Origin: a virus
Length of the DNA stretch: 64,000 nt
Virus record (IMG/VR): IMGVR_UViG_3300048833_000111
Coordinates: 32,218-96,217 of that record
Strand: one strand, 5' to 3'
Position 1 is the stretch's first letter; each line of letters opens with the position of its first letter. Both the position numbers and the translations under genes were made by a program. The notes under the pieces were generated by a model. The model saw only the letters and a program-made list of their open reading frames with translations, made no database searches and was not told the DNA's origin. Positions 60,759 through 64,000 of the stretch are shown here, one piece after another.

Positions 60759-61010
60759 TTATAAATATTTTATTACTTTACCTTGTGCATCTGAAAGAGT
60801 TCTAATATCAAACTCTATATCATAATGAGATACTACTGCCTCAGCAGCAATATCTTTACCTTCCCATATATTAAACAAAGTAAAGAATTTATGTGTTTCA
60901 AAAGGGATTACTCCTTTTTTGTTACATTCAGATATATAATAGTAATATATGATATTACCTATTTGTCCTGTTCTTTTAAACTCTAAATACTTATCTCTTG
61001 TTAATATCAT
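60759..61010 (-). CDS. Hypothetical protein
   Basis: 83-aa ORF. Confidence 0.6.
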   Translation of the reverse strand: MILTRDKYLEFKRTGQIGNIIYYYYISECNKKGVIPFETHKFFTLFNIWEGKDIAAEAVVSHYDIEFDIRTLSDAQGKVIKYL

Positions 61011-61372
61011 TGTTCTTCTCTATTATCACCTGAACCATGTAAGGTATTTGTTTTTCTTCTAAGCATAAGTTTATTATAATTAGCTTCCATTACCTCTTCC
61101 AAAGTAAAACCTAATTCATTACTAAGTGCTGTTACATACCATATTACATCTCCAAGTTCCTTTTTAATATCCTTTCTAAAGTCAAGAGTTACTTTTCCTC
61201 CTGCATCTCTATAAAGTTTTTTCATTTTTTCTGCAACTTCCCCAGCTTCACCACATAATCCCATTGTACAATAGGTTAATCCTATTTCTTTAGGAAACAC
61301 AGCAGTTTCAGCAATTACATTTTGATAATCTTTTGTTGTCATAAAATTTAATCTTAATTGTTTACCATCCAT
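61007..61372 (-). CDS. mazG: MazG-like nucleotide pyrophosphohydrolase
   Basis: GLCGEAGEVAE...KELGDVIWY; true start may be the internal MTTKDYQ. Confidence 0.88.
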   Translation of the reverse strand: MDGKQLRLNFMTTKDYQNVIAETAVFPKEIGLTYCTMGLCGEAGEVAEKMKKLYRDAGGKVTLDFRKDIKKELGDVIWYVTALSNELGFTLEEVMEANYNKLMLRRKTNTLHGSGDNREEQ

Positions 61373-61629
61373 CTTATTAATAGTTGAGCTGGTTCTTCTT
61401 TGTTAAAATCTACACATTCTTTTTCAGGTATTTTAAATAGTACTTTAGTACCATCTCCTAATCTAGTTTTATAGGTTAAATTAATATTAGGTTCTATACC
61501 CTCTTTACCTATAATCTTAGCTACAGGTTTTTCTTTGTAAAGAGCTTTTTTGATTTCTTCTGTTGAATTTTTCATTTTTACTTCATTCCAATTTTCTTCC
61601 CAATATATAAAATCATTCATATTACCCAC
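61354..61629 (-). CDS. Hypothetical protein
   Basis: 91-aa ORF; start uncertain. Confidence 0.55.
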   Translation of the reverse strand: MGNMNDFIYWEENWNEVKMKNSTEEIKKALYKEKPVAKIIGKEGIEPNINLTYKTRLGDGTKVLFKIPEKECVDFNKEEPAQLLIRWMVNN

Positions 61630-62131
61630 ACTTACTACATAATTCTAAAAATCTCTCTTGTGTTAATGTACCTTTCATAAAATTTACATCTTTATGTAAC
61701 CATTGTACATTTCCTATAATATAACCTTTAGTATTATCTATTCTGTCTAGTGAAGCTGTTTGGGTGGATAGTTTTTTCCAATGTTTTCCAAACTGTATAT
61801 CTTCCCCAGATAAACTACATTTACCATTAAAAATACTTAAAATATAATCTAATGTAAGATTAAATTCAAAGTTCATTTTTTCTGCTCTTCTTTTTATTTT
61901 ATTTAAATAAGATTTTTCAAAAGATTGTTTAAGTGCAGCACAAGATTTACAACAAGAAACTTTCTCATTGACTAAATGTGCTGCATTTCTTATACCTTCT
62001 TTTCCACATTTACATCTTACCTTCCAATAAGTTGCTCTGTTAGAATTCTTTTTAAATATTTGGTCTGATATTACAGTCCAATCTCTAAATTGTTGTCCTA
62101 TTATAGGTATATATTTTAACTCTTTTGTCAT
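61622..62131 (-). CDS. HNH-type homing endonuclease
   Basis: WKVRCKCG..CKSC; SLDRIDNTKGYIIGNVQWLHKDVNFMK. Confidence 0.8.
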   Translation of the reverse strand: MTKELKYIPIIGQQFRDWTVISDQIFKKNSNRATYWKVRCKCGKEGIRNAAHLVNEKVSCCKSCAALKQSFEKSYLNKIKRRAEKMNFEFNLTLDYILSIFNGKCSLSGEDIQFGKHWKKLSTQTASLDRIDNTKGYIIGNVQWLHKDVNFMKGTLTQERFLELCSKCG

Positions 62132-62155
62132 AATTACTTAAATTTTAAATCTATG

Positions 62156-62163
62156 CAAATATA
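62156..62163 (-). promoter_or_regulatory. Sigma-A -7 element for HNH gene
   Basis: TATATTTG, intergenic. Confidence 0.5.
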
Positions 62164-62176
62164 ACAAAAATAATTA

Positions 62177-64000
62177 TTACCCACAAGCAGAGCTTCCGCA
62201 GGAAAGACATTTATTACATCCTTCTTCAAATACTACATTATCAGAACCACAGTCCATACAATGTACTGTAGATTTAGTTCCATCTGGAATATACTTCTTA
62301 AGGGTTCTAGCAATAGCTTTACTAAAACTTACTATAGTTCCATCTGCTTTGTTAAGCTGTTCTACAACAAACTTAATATCTGCTCCATGTCTAAGTGCTG
62401 TACTAATCATTCTAGTTAATGCAACTTCTTCATCTGATAGAGATAAACTTAAAGTTTCTGTAACTACAGAATCTTTTACTTTATTTTCCAATATATATAA
62501 ACCTTTTTTCTTTTTAGAAATTTGTCCATTATGTAACATCATATTATCTCCTGGTTCTACAAACACTTCATAAGGTTTGTTATCCATTAATCCTACAATA
62601 ACACTGTATTTTTCTCCTAAAGCTGTCACCACATGTACCTCACCATCTAAAGATTTAGGTCTCTTAGGAGCATCATGGTAATTAAATTTATCCTTTTCAG
62701 TCTCAGTAATCATAACCCCACTTCTTGAGCCATCCCTATAAACTGTAATACCCTTTAGACCTTGCTTCCAAGACTCCAAATAGATTTCAGATACTGCCTC
62801 TTCAGATACATCACTAGGTAGATTAATAGTGCTAGAAATACTATGTGTAATATACTTCTGTATTAAAGCTTGTATTTTTACTCTTTTTACCCAATCTATA
62901 TCATTAGCTGTAGAACCAAACCAAGGTGACTGTTTAAATGCTATTTCTAAATCATCATTATTAAGTCTATCAATAGCACCTGGTTTAAGCATTAATTTAG
63001 CAATATGACTTTCTTCACAACCTTCTTCTGATATTCTTTTAGATTCAGAAAGTATCCAATCTTTAAATTTAGGATGTAATACAGGGAACTCTTGCCAAGT
63101 ATCTCCATTTTGGTCTGTAAAATCTACTCTTACATCCTTATCATTAGGATTTACTTTCTTTCTTCTAATATAGAATGGTTGAAATAAAGGTTCTACTCCT
63201 CCTGTAGTCTGAGTAAGAATACTCACTGAACCTGTTGGTGCAACAGTACTCCAAGAAACATTTCTTCTGCCATATGTGTCCATTCTAGAGGCTTGTTCTG
63301 GGAATTCTTTATCAAGAAAATGATAAAAACTTCCTGTTTCTTTAATAGGGTCCCAACCTTCAAATGTTCCTCTAGTAATAGCCATATCAATAGTACAATC
63401 TGATTCAGATAATAGTTTAATCTCCAATATCTCTTTAATAATTTCCAATCCCTCATCTGAGTCATATTTAAGATTTAATGCTGCTAAAGTATCTCCTAAT
63501 GAAGTAAAACCTAATCCAGTTCTTCTAGAAGCTTTTGCAGTAGAATATACTTTCTTCCAAAGCTCTTTTTCTTCTCTTTTTATATCACTAGGTTCAGGGT
63601 CACTATCTATTTTATCTAGGATTCTCTCTATATGTTCTAATTCTAAATCAATTAAATCATCAGAAAGTCTCATAGCTTCATAATTGACTTGATAAAACTT
63701 CTCATGGTCAAAATATGCATCTTTAGTAAATGGATTAACTACAAAACTAAATAAATTAACAGCTATTAATCTACAAGCATCATAAGGTTGCATAGCAATT
63801 TCACTACAAGGATTTGTAGTTATTTGTCTAAACTGTGGATAAGCACCATCTGGACTATAATTAACCATATTATCCCAGAACATTAATCCTGGTTCAGCTA
63901 CATTATGAGCAGATTTTATAATCTCATCCCAATATTCTTTAGCCTTTATTCTTTTAACCTTACAATATTCTTTTTCTTCTCCATGTAATTCCCAATGATG
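62177..64000 (-). CDS. nrdJ: Class II (B12-dependent) ribonucleotide reductase, 5'-truncated by window edge
   Basis: Frame open to 64000 (..AHNVAEPGLMF); TNPCSE, RRTGLG, VAPTG, SISSTINL, KGITVYRDGSR, TSCPD-like domain and C-terminal CxxC..CxxC. Confidence 0.92.
   Translation of the reverse strand, partial: HHWELHGEEKEYCKVKRIKAKEYWDEIIKSAHNVAEPGLMFWDNMVNYSPDGAYPQFRQITTNPCSEIAMQPYDACRLIAVNLFSFVVNPFTKDAYFDHEKFYQVNYEAMRLSDDLIDLELEHIERILDKIDSDPEPSDIKREEKELWKKVYSTAKASRRTGLGFTSLGDTLAALNLKYDSDEGLEIIKEILEIKLLSESDCTIDMAITRGTFEGWDPIKETGSFYHFLDKEFPEQASRMDTYGRRNVSWSTVAPTGSVSILTQTTGGVEPLFQPFYIRRKKVNPNDKDVRVDFTDQNGDTWQEFPVLHPKFKDWILSESKRISEEGCEESHIAKLMLKPGAIDRLNNDDLEIAFKQSPWFGSTANDIDWVKRVKIQALIQKYITHSISSTINLPSDVSEEAVSEIYLESWKQGLKGITVYRDGSRSGVMITETEKDKFNYHDAPKRPKSLDGEVHVVTALGEKYSVIVGLMDNKPYEVFVEPGDNMMLHNGQISKKKKGLYILENKVKDSVVTETLSLSLSDEEVALTRMISTALRHGADIKFVVEQLNKADGTIVSFSKAIARTLKKYIPDGTKSTVHCMDCGSDNVVFEEGCNKCLSCGSSACG

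Noticed and set aside
1-64000. Stop-codon reassignment as in some Crassvirales
   Set aside because: All conserved genes read uninterrupted in code 11 and gene packing is dense

Overview
AT-rich fragment of a crAss-like (Crassvirales-type) podophage infecting a Bacteroidota host, probably a flavobacterium. The host is inferred from TTTG-N19/20-TAnnTTTG promoters. Layout: (1) 1-2633, minus-strand small monocistronic genes with terminators and a GIY-YIG homing endonuclease. (2) 2744-54382, plus-strand late/virion region: small proteins, peptidoglycan enzyme, GroES, terminase, portal, scaffold, major capsid protein, ring and auxiliary proteins, Cys-rich fibre/tailspike cluster, holin, two nucleases, tail ring and muzzle proteins, and four ejected cargo proteins including a 4052-aa virion RNA polymerase (DYDID). 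(3) 54433-64000, minus-strand nucleotide-metabolism/anti-defence region: NAMPT-like plus PRPS-like pair (NARP1-like NAD+ reconstitution), two metallophosphoesterases, LAGLIDADG and HNH endonucleases, spanin-like protein, MazG and class II RNR (partial). Most notable observations: about 7300 aa of cargo protein contains only two cysteines, on either side of the RNAP/next-protein junction; recurring F/L-x-S-R-R-like motifs at cargo domain boundaries; a small ORF carrying an MCP-like segment; a vicinal-CC repeat fibre protein; a candidate phage-RNAP promoter; and GATC/CpG avoidance that exposes recently acquired modules. All calls come from motif reading and synteny; no database searches were run.
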